DNA of 64,000 nucleotides from Candidatus Sumerlaeaceae bacterium (GTDB lineage: Bacteria > Sumerlaeota > Sumerlaeia > Sumerlaeales > Sumerlaeaceae): assembly GCA_051003195.1 (NCBI GenBank), contig JBPCLP010000053.1:99371-163370 (forward strand), read 5' to 3'. The notes below the pieces were generated by a model. The model was not told where the DNA came from and searched no databases. It worked only from the letters and a program-made list of their open reading frames with translations. Made by a program: the position numbers and the translations under genes. Position 1 is the stretch's first letter; each line of letters starts with the position of its first letter. Positions 37,487 through 47,550 of this stretch are shown here, piece by piece.

Positions 37487-38707
37487 CTACTTCTTCAGGA
37501 TGTTTTTGTTAATATCTTCCACTGCTTCGTCGAGTGCCTGTTTGGCCGGTTTCTGTCCCAGCAATGCAAGCTGGATGGCCTTCACCAAACGCTGACTGAT
37601 CGGCATAAAGCTCTCGTGGTTGGGTTGAAACTTTGCGTCAGGCAGCAGCTTTACAAATGCGCCTAGCTTAGGATCGCTCTCCAACTGCGAAGCCAACTCT
37701 TTCAGTTCGGGAAGCATGCTCTCACGCTTCATAAATTCCTCACGCCATTTCCGCTGGTAGGCAAAATCAATAAACTTCCAGACTGCCTCGCGATTCTGTC
37801 CGTCACGATTGAAGAACACAAGTGTATCGGTTACGGCGAGGGTGCCCGGCTTACGCTTCTTCGGAATTGCTGTGACTCCATACTGCAGGTTTGGTGCATT
37901 CTTCTCAAGGCTCGGGATCATAAAGTTGCCGGTTTGGATCATCGCGGCGCGGCCGTTAAAAAACAGCTTGTGCTGTTCGTCGCGGTTGTTCGTCCAGGGC
38001 TCCGGATTAGTGAGGCCTTCCTTGTAAAGATCGACCATGAACTGCAACGCTTCGACCGACTCGGGAGAATTCAGTACCACGTTTCCCTGAGCATCAAACC
38101 AATCGCCACCCGCGGCCCACAAGAAGTAGTCGAATGTGTCTGCCTGGTCATCCTGGTGGATCGGCATCGCAAGTCCATACACCTTTGGGCGCTTCGTGAC
38201 TTTTTTTGCGACTGCCTTCAGCTCATCCCAGTTGGTTGGCGGTTGCAGGCCTGCCTGTTCCAGAAGCTGCTTGTTGTAATAAAGTGCACGCGCCGACGTG
38301 GCAACGGGCAAACCATATGTGCGGCCATTCATCGCAGCGCCCTGCAGCAGGTTCTGCACAAAACGATCGCGGAAACTGCTCGTCAGCCGATCATCTATCT
38401 GCTGAGCAACGCCTTCCTTTACGTACTCAGGTAACCAGGACGTGCCGATGATCGCAAGGTCGGGCTGGTTTTTTGCGCCAATCAGTGTTGTGATTTTGTC
38501 ATGTAGCCCTTTCCAGTACGACACTTCCACCTGCAGGTCGATGTCAGGGTTCGCCTGCTCAAATGCAGCCTCCACCTCTTTCCAATAAGGCCCTGTTGCG
38601 GTTGAGTACTCTGCCGACAGGAATTTCACGACGTCCTTCGAGGGTGCTCCAGTTGCCAGTGCGACAATGCACCCGAGCAAGCAGGCCAGTTTCATCTTCT
38701 TGTTCAT
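37487..38707 (-). CDS. Sugar ABC transporter substrate-binding protein
   Basis: Signal peptide; FEQANPDI, YGLP...ALYYNK, PPTNWDEL, FFNGRAAM. Confidence 0.9.
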   Translation of the reverse strand: MNKKMKLACLLGCIVALATGAPSKDVVKFLSAEYSTATGPYWKEVEAAFEQANPDIDLQVEVSYWKGLHDKITTLIGAKNQPDLAIIGTSWLPEYVKEGVAQQIDDRLTSSFRDRFVQNLLQGAAMNGRTYGLPVATSARALYYNKQLLEQAGLQPPTNWDELKAVAKKVTKRPKVYGLAMPIHQDDQADTFDYFLWAAGGDWFDAQGNVVLNSPESVEALQFMVDLYKEGLTNPEPWTNNRDEQHKLFFNGRAAMIQTGNFMIPSLEKNAPNLQYGVTAIPKKRKPGTLAVTDTLVFFNRDGQNREAVWKFIDFAYQRKWREEFMKRESMLPELKELASQLESDPKLGAFVKLLPDAKFQPNHESFMPISQRLVKAIQLALLGQKPAKQALDEAVEDINKNILKK

Positions 38708-38768
38708 CTTTTTCTCCGGGTCAGGCGTTAGCAATTGCCAGATTCGGGCGTCGCATCGCGCTAGCAAA

Positions 38769-39689
38769 TCAAAACTTCACCCCAACCGTGGCAATGCCCT
38801 GCATGATCCGCTTCTGGAACAAAGCGAAAAGTACGAGCGGCGGAACGCTGGCTATCATTAAAGCGGCAAGCACCTTGTTCTTACCCACGTCGCCCTGTGC
38901 GTCGAACTGGTACAGGCGAAGCATGATTGTTTTCCAGTTCTCGTCCGATATCGTCAGTAGTGGCCATAGAAAGTCGTTCCAAGTGCCCATGAAGGAGAAA
39001 ATGGATACGACGGCAAAGATGGAGTAGGACAGCGGCAGGACTACGCGCCAAAGAATTCCAAGCTCCGAAGAGCCGTCGATACGTGCAGCCTCGACCAGAG
39101 ATGTTGGAATATCATCGAAGAAGCTCTTAAACAGCAGAATGTTAAAGGCGCTTACGCCGGCCGGCAAAATCACCGCCGGGTAGCCGGCGAACGCGCGCGT
39201 GAGCGTTTCGTTTAGAAAAGGTATGCGAAGGCGGCTGACGGTAAGGTAAAGAGGCACCATGTATGCCTGGAAGGGAACCATGAGAGTTGCGAAAAACAGA
39301 AACAGCAGAATGCGCCGAAAGGGTGTGCGCAGTTTCGAGAGTGCGTATCCCGCCAATGCTGAAGGCAAAAGCGCGACAACCCAGCAGCATACCGCGAGGA
39401 GGAAAGTGTTCCAGAAATACCGCACGAACCGCGTTCCACTAAATACCTCTGCATATACTTTCCAGTTCCACAGGTCCGGCCGCGTTGCGGGCTCCGGTAA
39501 CAACGTTGGCGGATATGCGAAAACCTTGTCTGATGGCTTCAAAGCACTCAGAAATCCCCACGCAAACGGCAGGATTGTGGTGACAGCTCCAAGCACGAGC
39601 CCGGCAAAGAGAATCCAGTATAAGAGCCGTGTCCGGGGATGCCGATAATCTATATCGGAAAGCAGGGTGCGCGCGCGTTCTGCCTTCAT
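38769..39689 (-). CDS. Carbohydrate ABC transporter permease (MalG-like)
   Basis: EAARIDGSSE EAA motif, WNDFLWPL. Confidence 0.92.
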   Translation of the reverse strand: MKAERARTLLSDIDYRHPRTRLLYWILFAGLVLGAVTTILPFAWGFLSALKPSDKVFAYPPTLLPEPATRPDLWNWKVYAEVFSGTRFVRYFWNTFLLAVCCWVVALLPSALAGYALSKLRTPFRRILLFLFFATLMVPFQAYMVPLYLTVSRLRIPFLNETLTRAFAGYPAVILPAGVSAFNILLFKSFFDDIPTSLVEAARIDGSSELGILWRVVLPLSYSIFAVVSIFSFMGTWNDFLWPLLTISDENWKTIMLRLYQFDAQGDVGKNKVLAALMIASVPPLVLFALFQKRIMQGIATVGVKF

Positions 39690-40591
39690 ACGGCATCCCG
39701 CTGCAAACGCCGTGTTACACGGGCGTACACAATGGTGAGGCCCACCAGCACTACGAACAGGATAAGGCCCATGGCTGCCGCCTGCCCGTAGTTGTATTCG
39801 CCGAACATTTTATCAAAGATATACATCATGACAGTATAAGTGCCGCGCGCCGGCCCGCCTTTGGTCATGATATAGGGCTCGGTAAAAATTTGAAACGTAC
39901 CTATGATCTGCAGGATGAGAAGAATGAGCATGATCGGCATCAGTTGCGGAAAAGTGATATGTCGTATCCGTTGCCGGATGCTTGCGCCGTCCAGCTCGGC
40001 TGCCTCGTACAGATCTGAGGGAACGCCTTGCAGCGCGGCCAGGTAAATGATCATCGTCGCGCCAGCACCTTTCCACGTTGCCATGATCACCAGAGCCAAC
40101 ATCGCGGTGGATTTGTTGATCAACCAACCGACGGGCTGCAGGTGCATGGCCTGGAACAGCGAATCGAGAAGCCCTTCCTCGGGAGCATAAATGAAACGCC
40201 ACATGATGGTGACGACAACTGCGGGCAGGATCGCTGGAAGGTAATATGCGACGCGAAGAAACGAGTTCCCGTGCCGCATTTCATTAACCCCGATTGCCAA
40301 CAGGATCGGAATAATGTACCCTACAAGCAACGCGAGGATGACGAACAACAGCACGTTCAGCCATGCAATTGCGGCTATGTCGCGATCCACGACAAGGACC
40401 TGGCGAAAGTTCTCCAGGCCCACCCAGCGCGAGGGTTGCGTCGGATCCGGGCTATACGCGCGGAAAGCGACGATAAAGCTTTCGAGAATGGGGCCCCAAC
40501 TGAACAGGGCAAACAGCACCAGGGCAGGTGCGAGAAAGGCCAGCGCAAGCGACCGTTGCCTCAGGGCAAGCGTTGATCTCGCGGCGCGCAT
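39686..40591 (-). CDS. Carbohydrate ABC transporter permease (MalF-like)
   Basis: WVGLENF, LYEAAELDGAS, TKGGP. Confidence 0.92.
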   Translation of the reverse strand: MRAARSTLALRQRSLALAFLAPALVLFALFSWGPILESFIVAFRAYSPDPTQPSRWVGLENFRQVLVVDRDIAAIAWLNVLLFVILALLVGYIIPILLAIGVNEMRHGNSFLRVAYYLPAILPAVVVTIMWRFIYAPEEGLLDSLFQAMHLQPVGWLINKSTAMLALVIMATWKGAGATMIIYLAALQGVPSDLYEAAELDGASIRQRIRHITFPQLMPIMLILLILQIIGTFQIFTEPYIMTKGGPARGTYTVMMYIFDKMFGEYNYGQAAAMGLILFVVLVGLTIVYARVTRRLQRDAV

Positions 40592-40648
40592 AAGAGGCCT
40601 GATGTTGTGTGGCTCAAAGCAGAAGGGAGCAATTAAAATTCCTGCGGC

Positions 40649-41707
40649 TCAAATTGAGTCGAAGGCTGGGATCAAGTCGGCCGCGAATTCCATAAATGCA
40701 TCAACCACGGCAGGATCAAACTTAGATCGCCGATATTCGACGATCTGCTTCACGGCTTGCTCGTGTGTCCATGCGTGCTTATAGGGGCGCTCACTTGTAA
40801 GCGCCTCGTAAACATCGGCAAGCGCCGCAACGCGAGCGGCAAACGGAATTTCGGTTTGCTGCAACCCTTTTGGATAGCCGGTTCCGTCCCAGTTCTCATG
40901 ATGCGCGATCGCGATTTCTGCCGCGAGCTCCATTAGCGGCATCCCTGTTCCGGCCAGTATACGATGGCCGATCTCCGAATGAGTTTTTACCACGGCGAAC
41001 TCTTCCGGTGTCAGTTTGCCCGGCTTGTTCAGAATTGAGTCTGGAATGCCGATCTTGCCGATGTCGTGCAAGGGCGCGGCACGCCGGATGAGACTGATCT
41101 CGGGCTGCTGACAAGCCAGGCGTTCCGCTATTGTTGCCGCGACGTCGCCTACGCGATTACTATGACGAATGGTTTCTCCGCCATCGCGCACTTCAACCGC
41201 GGTGCCCAGGCGATCCACCAGGGCCATTTGCGCGCGGATGACATCTTCCGTTCGACGTCGAACCTGGTCCTCCATCTCATTCGCATGTTGTCGCAGCTCC
41301 AGATACAGTGAGCGAATTTGCAGCATATTCGCAGCGCGCAACAGAAGTTCGTCCATTGAGATCAGTTTCGAGCAAAAGTCACTGGCCCCTAATTCCAACG
41401 CGGTCCGGCGAGTGGAGTCGCACGTGTCGGCAGTCATTGCGATTACGGGTAGTATTTCCTGCTGCTCGCGTTTGTGTCTCCATTCACGAAGCAACTCCCA
41501 GCCGTTAATTCCCGGCATATGCATATCCAGAAGGATCAAGTCGGGCTGCAAAAGATCGAATGCTTCAGGGAGTTGATGGGGATCGACAATGCCTGAGCAT
41601 TGGGTATAACCCGCGTTGATAAACACCGTGGTTAGCAGATTTACGTAGTCGGGCTCATCATCGACAACGAGTATCGAATAGTTGCAGCGCTGGCGCTTGT
41701 CCGTCAT
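40649..41707 (-). CDS. Response regulator with HD-GYP phosphodiesterase domain (RpfG-like)
   Basis: Receiver VVDDE...LLDMHMP; HSNRV, LHDIGKIG, HHENWDGTGYP, RPYK. Confidence 0.93.
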   Translation of the reverse strand: MTDKRQRCNYSILVVDDEPDYVNLLTTVFINAGYTQCSGIVDPHQLPEAFDLLQPDLILLDMHMPGINGWELLREWRHKREQQEILPVIAMTADTCDSTRRTALELGASDFCSKLISMDELLLRAANMLQIRSLYLELRQHANEMEDQVRRRTEDVIRAQMALVDRLGTAVEVRDGGETIRHSNRVGDVAATIAERLACQQPEISLIRRAAPLHDIGKIGIPDSILNKPGKLTPEEFAVVKTHSEIGHRILAGTGMPLMELAAEIAIAHHENWDGTGYPKGLQQTEIPFAARVAALADVYEALTSERPYKHAWTHEQAVKQIVEYRRSKFDPAVVDAFMEFAADLIPAFDSI

Positions 41708-41920
41708 GTTTTCTCATGCTCCAGGAATACGACTCTCTACCCAAGGACACGAACTTGCTTTTTGGTTCCAACTATATGCATATTTTTCTAAGTTATGTAG
41801 AATCAGTGGGTATATAGTAGCGAAATGCAACCGGCAAGTTGCCTGGAGACTGATTAAGTGCCAAATTTTTGAGCAGACGCAGCCAAATACTGTGATGCGA
41901 CTGGCCGGGAGGAAGCGTCC

Positions 41921-43060
41921 CTGAAGATCCTTCATATAAATATGCACCGCCAATGGGGCGGCCAACCGAACCGGGTACTGATGACGTCGCGTGGTCTACG
42001 TGACCTCGGGCATGAGGTGGTGGTCAGTGGTCCCAGGGACTGTGTACTGGTTCAGAGGGCAAAAGAAGCAGGGCTGCGTACGTTCGACGACCTGGAACTG
42101 CGCAGTGGGTTTCGACCGCTCAGCATATGGCGTGACGTCGCCAGTATGCGTGAGCACCTTTTGGCCGAGCGTTACGACATTGTCGACACGCATGGCAGCC
42201 AGGATACATGGCGCGTGCATTACGCTTTGCAATTCATGAAGCCGGAGGATCGGCCGGCGTTTGTCCGCTCGCGTCACAATATTTTCCCCGTAAGCGGCAA
42301 TCCGCTGAACAAGTGGCTGTACGCGAAGATCGATCATGTGATTGTCATCAGCCCGCAGGTTATACCGCAAATGGCGGCCGTGGTCGGGCCGGAACGCTGC
42401 ACGTCGATCTACTCCGCGCCGGACTTATCTCGCTTTGATCTATCTGCACAAGACGCGACCGCACAGCGGAAGGAGGTGCGTGGAGAGCTCGGCCTGGACG
42501 AGAGCGCGCGTGTCGTAGGAGTTGTCGGAAGACTCGCGCCCGAAAAAGGACATAGGTACCTCGTTGAGGCGAGTCGGCAAATTGCGCGGGAGGTTCCCGA
42601 TGTTCAGTTTGTGTTCGTTGGGCAGGGCAGAACTCGCGCGGAGCTTGAGCAGCAGATTGCTGCGCTTCCAGGTGATCTCCCCAAGCGATTTCACGTGCTC
42701 GGCTTCCGCGAAGACGTGCCGCGCTTATTGCGCGGGTTCGATCTCTTTGTGCTCCCGCCGACGGAGGGAGAAAGCCTGGGGACAAGCATCCTCGAAGCTT
42801 TTGCCGCCGACCTTCCCGTTGTTGCGACTGATGTAGGTGGCGTAAGTGAATCCGTTATAGATGGACGAACGGGCCGACTGGTACCGCCTGCGAATTCCGC
42901 GGCACTTGCGCAGGCAATTATCGAGATGCTCAACAATCCGGCAGCCGCAACTGCGATGGCGCAGAATGGTAAGGCGCGCGTGCACGAGATTTTTACCCCG
43001 GAGGCAATTGCCCGCCAGACCGAGGCGGTTTACAAAAAGGTTCTGGTGGTCTACCGTTAA
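41921..43060 (+). CDS. Glycosyltransferase family 4; conserved N-terminus begins at CTG 41921, last codons from a MITE
   Basis: LKILHINMHRQWGGQ N-terminus; GRLAPEKGH; ESLGTSILEA; GGAGG 8 nt before CTG. Confidence 0.88.
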   Translation: MKILHINMHRQWGGQPNRVLMTSRGLRDLGHEVVVSGPRDCVLVQRAKEAGLRTFDDLELRSGFRPLSIWRDVASMREHLLAERYDIVDTHGSQDTWRVHYALQFMKPEDRPAFVRSRHNIFPVSGNPLNKWLYAKIDHVIVISPQVIPQMAAVVGPERCTSIYSAPDLSRFDLSAQDATAQRKEVRGELGLDESARVVGVVGRLAPEKGHRYLVEASRQIAREVPDVQFVFVGQGRTRAELEQQIAALPGDLPKRFHVLGFREDVPRLLRGFDLFVLPPTEGESLGTSILEAFAADLPVVATDVGGVSESVIDGRTGRLVPPANSAALAQAIIEMLNNPAAATAMAQNGKARVHEIFTPEAIARQTEAVYKKVLVVYR

Positions 43061-43166
43061 TTCGTAATCTGTTTTGTGTGCCGAATTGAGCTCATCTTCC
43101 GCGCTCAAACTGGATAGGAACTTCTGATTCGGCACACCAGTGTGGTCTACCGTTAATTCGTAATCT
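43043..43166 (+). mobile_element. MITE copy 6 plus a tandem second left end
   Basis: Full copy 43045-43136, CCAG, then TGTGGTCTACCGTTAATTCGTAATCT repeated at 43141-43166. Confidence 0.9.
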
Positions 43167-43200
43167 CGAACGACGCGTCACGTAACGAGCTGAAGGGCAT

Positions 43201-43986
43201 TTATGGATTTGTCGTGCTTAGCGGGCGCAGTGCATCGATGCACTCTTCATGAACCAGGCCGTTGGTGGCGAGCACTTGCGCGCCGAACGGATCGAAATGC
43301 CCACCGGTGAAGTTGCTGACGCGACCGCCGGCTTCTTCGACGATGAGCCAGCCTGCGGCAGTATCCCAGGCATTCAGCTTCTCTTCCCAGAAACCTTCCA
43401 GTCGGCCGCATGCAACAGCGCACAGGTCCAGGGCGGCACTTCCAAGACGCAACACACCCTGCGAACGATCCAGAAACTGCCTCATCCCAGCCAGGTAATG
43501 GTCCATCCGTTCGCGCCTGTCGTAGGGGAAGCCCGTCACCATTAAACTATCGCGCAAACTGGCCACTTTGGAAACCTGGATGGGTTCGCCATTTAGTGTA
43601 GCGCCGCTCCCCCTCTGCGCCATGTAAAGCTCGCGGTAGAATGGATTATACACTCCGGCAACAGCAGCCTCATGCCGACACAGGACGGCAATGGATATCG
43701 AAAATAGCGGGAAACTGTGTGCGAAGTTTGTAGTGCCATCGAGAGGGTCGATTATCCATGTAAATTCGTCGCCGGAAACCTCGCCGGACTCCTCGGCAAT
43801 GATAGCGTGCGACGGGAAACGGGCGCAAATTAGCTCCTTTATGGCGGCTTCACTCTCGCGATCGGCGATCGTCACGAGGTCAATCTCGCCTTTGCGGCCA
43901 ATCGCCTCCAGGCGCCCGTAATGCCGCATCAGGACGTTGCCGGCCACCTGCAAAGCTTCTTGCAAAGTCTGTTGTAAGTCACTCAT
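43201..43986 (-). CDS. suhB: Inositol monophosphatase family protein
   Basis: DLVTIAD, AEES, WIIDPLDGTTNFAH, GSAALDL, WDTAAG. Confidence 0.9.
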   Translation of the reverse strand: MSDLQQTLQEALQVAGNVLMRHYGRLEAIGRKGEIDLVTIADRESEAAIKELICARFPSHAIIAEESGEVSGDEFTWIIDPLDGTTNFAHSFPLFSISIAVLCRHEAAVAGVYNPFYRELYMAQRGSGATLNGEPIQVSKVASLRDSLMVTGFPYDRRERMDHYLAGMRQFLDRSQGVLRLGSAALDLCAVACGRLEGFWEEKLNAWDTAAGWLIVEEAGGRVSNFTGGHFDPFGAQVLATNGLVHEECIDALRPLSTTNP

Positions 43987-44105
43987 AAGAGAGCAGTTGG
44001 AAGCCAGGAATTTACCGTAGCAATCCCGATTACACAGTGCCTGACAGGTGAATAGAGTACCGTGATACGGTTAATTTCGGGCAGAACTCCTCGAGGTTAG
44101 AAGCC

Positions 44106-44354
44106 ATGCCAAATATCGGTCCGTTCGAAATGATTATCGTTTTCCTGATCGTTCTGATCATCTTTGGACCCAAGGCACTGCCGAAAATCGGGCAGGCACT
44201 TGGCAAAGGAATCCGCGAGTTCAAAGACGCGGCGCGCGGTCTTACTTCAGATGAGGATGAGCGTCAGCAGCCGCGCCCTGTGATCACGCAGCCTGTCACG
44301 CATGATGCGATTCCCGCTCCTGTAGAGAACCACACCGGTACTCCGCAGGCCTGA
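44106..44354 (+). CDS. tatA: Twin-arginine translocase TatA/E subunit
   Basis: IIFGPKALPKIGQALGKGIREFK. Confidence 0.93.
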   Translation: MPNIGPFEMIIVFLIVLIIFGPKALPKIGQALGKGIREFKDAARGLTSDEDERQQPRPVITQPVTHDAIPAPVENHTGTPQA

Positions 44355-44442
44355 TAAATCGCCGGCGCTTCGTTTCACTCTCAGCTCAGCCCCCGCATTT
44401 TGCTGATCCCCCGGCGTATGCCAACATCCGTTCCGGATTCTT

Positions 44443-45426
44443 ATGATTCCTGAACGCCACGAGAATGTAACACGCGTTCTTTCGTTCACGGATCACCTGC
44501 AGGAACTGCGGGTACGGATTATTATCTGCCTCATCTTTTTCATGTGTACGTTGTGCGGAGGATTCCTAATCGCACCGCGCGTTGTGAGGTTCCTGATCAA
44601 CCCACTGGTCAGCCTGCCGCAGCGACAACCGCAGCAGCCGCTCCTGACACTTAAGCTCGAGACCGATGGAACTGTAAAGTGGATCCTGCGAAACGGTGCC
44701 GTACCTGGCTCAGAAGCGTTACCCATCACAACGGCAACGCTCGCGGCCGTGCTTCCGGATTCCATCAGGGTTGAACGCCCGCTGGGACTTCCGGCGTATG
44801 ATGTCGGACATAAATCCCGGTCCAGTCTTTTTTACCTTTCGCCGCTCGAGCCGTTTATCCTGTGGCTGCAGGCCGCGCTGCTGGTGAGTGCCGTGCTCAC
44901 TTTGCCGATGCTGCTCTACCAGCTGTGGCTTTTTATCTCACCCGGGCTCGTTCGCAAAGAGCGAAAGGTGATTGTGCCCATCCTGATGGGCGGAGTGCTT
45001 CTGTTTCCCATGGGCGCATATGTAGCCTATCTCCTGCTTCATATCACGCTGAAGGTTCTGCTTGGGTTTGGCAATGCTATTCCAGGGCTTGAGCCGAACC
45101 TTGTCGCCTCGCGATATCTGACGTTCGCCCTGGTAATGATGCTGGCCTTCGGACTGGCGTTTGAATTCCCGCTACTGCTGGTGCTACTCTCAAGGCTCGG
45201 GGTTGTAAGTGCGTCGCTTCTAGTGAAGCGCCGGCGTGTCGCCATTGTCATCATGGCGGTTGTCGCGGCGATTGCCACGCCATCCCCCGACCCGTTCAGT
45301 ATGCTTGCCCTTTTCTTTCCTCTGCTTGTGCTGTACGAGGGAGCGATATGGGCGATTAAGATGATGGACGCAAGCCGCGAGCAGGATGTGAACGCAGACA
45401 AGACAGCACCACAAGATACCGTTTGA
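44443..45426 (+). CDS. tatC: Twin-arginine translocase TatC
   Basis: DHLQELRVR, YQLWLFISPGL, FGLAFEFP, TPSPDPFS. Confidence 0.93.
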   Translation: MIPERHENVTRVLSFTDHLQELRVRIIICLIFFMCTLCGGFLIAPRVVRFLINPLVSLPQRQPQQPLLTLKLETDGTVKWILRNGAVPGSEALPITTATLAAVLPDSIRVERPLGLPAYDVGHKSRSSLFYLSPLEPFILWLQAALLVSAVLTLPMLLYQLWLFISPGLVRKERKVIVPILMGGVLLFPMGAYVAYLLLHITLKVLLGFGNAIPGLEPNLVASRYLTFALVMMLAFGLAFEFPLLLVLLSRLGVVSASLLVKRRRVAIVIMAVVAAIATPSPDPFSMLALFFPLLVLYEGAIWAIKMMDASREQDVNADKTAPQDTV

Positions 45427-45459
45427 CGAGTGCATCGCGGAATGATGGGTTAAAAGCAC

Positions 45460-46368
45460 TTGTCCACCACTCCGCCCATTGCTGAGGTGCTGCTGATCGA
45501 CGCTGACCCGGAACGTCGACAGGCACTGGCTGTGCTATTGAATGGGTACTGCAGGTGCCAGGCGGTAGCGGACATCGCGCAACTGCCACAGGCGGGTGCA
45601 TCTGCTGCCATTCTCGTGGCCTCCACTGACGAACAGCGGACCTCCCATGACTTCGAAACTTTGCTCAAAGTATGGCCGACGGAGCGGCTTGCGATTCTCA
45701 GCGCTCGTTCTCTCGATCCGCAACTCGATCAACTATTCAGTGTGGGAGCCCGGCAGTTTCTCAGCGGAGCGGCTACCCGGCTTGACCGCGAACTCGGCTG
45801 GCAAATCCGTGCATTGCTTACAACGACGCCCGGCGTTTCCCTTGAACAGCTCTTTGGTCCCATGAGCGAGGCACGCGTTGTTCTTGTGCGCGACCGGTGG
45901 GAGAGGCAGGATGCCGTGGAACAGGCAGTTGCATTTTTCGCGGATGCACAGTTTCCGGATGCGGTTGTCGACATACGGCTGGCGCTGGATGAGATGCTGA
46001 ACAACGCGCTTTATCATTCGTTCCGGGACGACGAGGGTCATGAAAAGTACACTGCCGAGACGTTTGATACCCTGGAAGGTGACGATGTTGTGAGTTTGCA
46101 AATCGCGCGTAATCCAGACTATAACCTCGTGAGCGTAAGTGACACGTCGGGCAGCCTGCGAGCCGAAACCGTTACACAGAACCTTGCAAGGCACCTCACA
46201 ATGAAGGGGCTACTGGACGAGCACGGCCGTGGATTTTTCCTGATGCGAAGCATCAGTGACGGAATGCTTGTACGCATTCAGCCCGGTATTCGGACGGAAG
46301 TCACCCTGGTATTTGGCCGGCACAGCAACGCCATGGCAAAAAGCCTGCTCGTCAAATACCTGGAGTGA
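45460..46368 (+). CDS. Degenerate receiver + HATPase_c-like (anti-sigma/kinase-like) protein
   Basis: VLLIDAD N-terminus; LDEMLNNALYH, VSDTSGSL, GRGFFLM GHKL boxes. Confidence 0.7.
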   Translation: MSTTPPIAEVLLIDADPERRQALAVLLNGYCRCQAVADIAQLPQAGASAAILVASTDEQRTSHDFETLLKVWPTERLAILSARSLDPQLDQLFSVGARQFLSGAATRLDRELGWQIRALLTTTPGVSLEQLFGPMSEARVVLVRDRWERQDAVEQAVAFFADAQFPDAVVDIRLALDEMLNNALYHSFRDDEGHEKYTAETFDTLEGDDVVSLQIARNPDYNLVSVSDTSGSLRAETVTQNLARHLTMKGLLDEHGRGFFLMRSISDGMLVRIQPGIRTEVTLVFGRHSNAMAKSLLVKYLE

Positions 46369-46386
46369 GCCGCGGCTGAGCTGCGA

Positions 46387-47535
46387 TTAGTTTTTAACCG
46401 CGCCTCGACTTGGCGCCTGGCCGGAGGCATAGGTAGAAGCTGCTGATCCGGCGAGCTTCACACCCGGCGCCACCTCGACTGCGTTCTCGGCAATGTAGCG
46501 CCCGCCAGCGGGTTGCGAGGCTGCCGTTCCAACCGCACTGAAGTCGGTCTGCTTCACTGCCGATTCAATGGGTGTGTTCCGGCGTACGGTTGCACCATCG
46601 ATGATAATTGGCGCGCGCGGAGAACCAGCACTGCTACCTGAGGCCAACGACTTTTGAGCAGCGGTATTTGAGGCACGAGAGAAAGTCACGGTCCCTGCAC
46701 CTGGGAGATTCAGTGTAGAATTTGAAACGGACCTCGACTCTACTTTTGACGCGCTGCCCCACGGCGCGGACAATGCTGTGGGCGCCGGCCTTGCAGCAGC
46801 CAGTTGCACCGCAGAAGAGGGCTTTATCTGCCCGTCCCCCGATGGCATTGATGCCGCTTTATCTGAGCGGCGACCAAAGACACCCAGCAGCGATGAGCCG
46901 GTTCGCTTTACTGCCGAGATGCCTCCCACAGTTTTCTTTGCCGCTGATTCCATGTAGGCAAGTTGCCGCTGTGCGAAGTTCTCCTTGGTGCTGTCGCAAC
47001 CGCCACACTGGCGCTTTTGCACCCAATCGGACACCTGTTGCATGTGCTGAGGGTCCTGCAAATCTTTTAGAAGCGACGATGCCATTTCCGTGGCGTGCCA
47101 CTTGGCAGGGTATTTCTGGGTAACGACCTCTTGCGCAGCCTGCATGGCCCGCTGGCGATTTTGCTGCATGAGCTGTGCGTTTGGGCTCGCCTGCATTTTA
47201 CGATTATAGATGTCCGCGATCAGGAAATGGTGCGCGGCACGGCGCTCGGCATTGACGCTGGGAGTGCTTGCGATCTCATGTGCGATCTTCAGCGCCTCGT
47301 CGTATTTCTCGGCTTGGATCAGTTTCTTGCATAGTTCCTGCTGCTGCAGCCCGCGGCTTTCGCTATCGTTCGCAGCCTGCACTTTTACCGCGCTGTTGTA
47401 GATGTCATTCGATTGCTGTAACTTGTGTTGGGGGTAGAGCTTGCGGCTTTGATATGTAGTATCCTCGGCAGCGGCTATGGCCACTGCCTGGGCGCAAAGA
47501 GCGATGATCATCCAGCGATGATAACAGCTTTTCAT
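46387..47535 (-). CDS. Secreted hypothetical protein (helical/TPR-like N-half, Ser/Ala-rich tail)
   Basis: Signal peptide; AAGGAAGGA RBS; 382-aa ORF. Confidence 0.7.
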   Translation of the reverse strand: MKSCYHRWMIIALCAQAVAIAAAEDTTYQSRKLYPQHKLQQSNDIYNSAVKVQAANDSESRGLQQQELCKKLIQAEKYDEALKIAHEIASTPSVNAERRAAHHFLIADIYNRKMQASPNAQLMQQNRQRAMQAAQEVVTQKYPAKWHATEMASSLLKDLQDPQHMQQVSDWVQKRQCGGCDSTKENFAQRQLAYMESAAKKTVGGISAVKRTGSSLLGVFGRRSDKAASMPSGDGQIKPSSAVQLAAARPAPTALSAPWGSASKVESRSVSNSTLNLPGAGTVTFSRASNTAAQKSLASGSSAGSPRAPIIIDGATVRRNTPIESAVKQTDFSAVGTAASQPAGGRYIAENAVEVAPGVKLAGSAASTYASGQAPSRGAVKN

Positions 47536-47550
47536 CGTCGTTTCCTTCCT

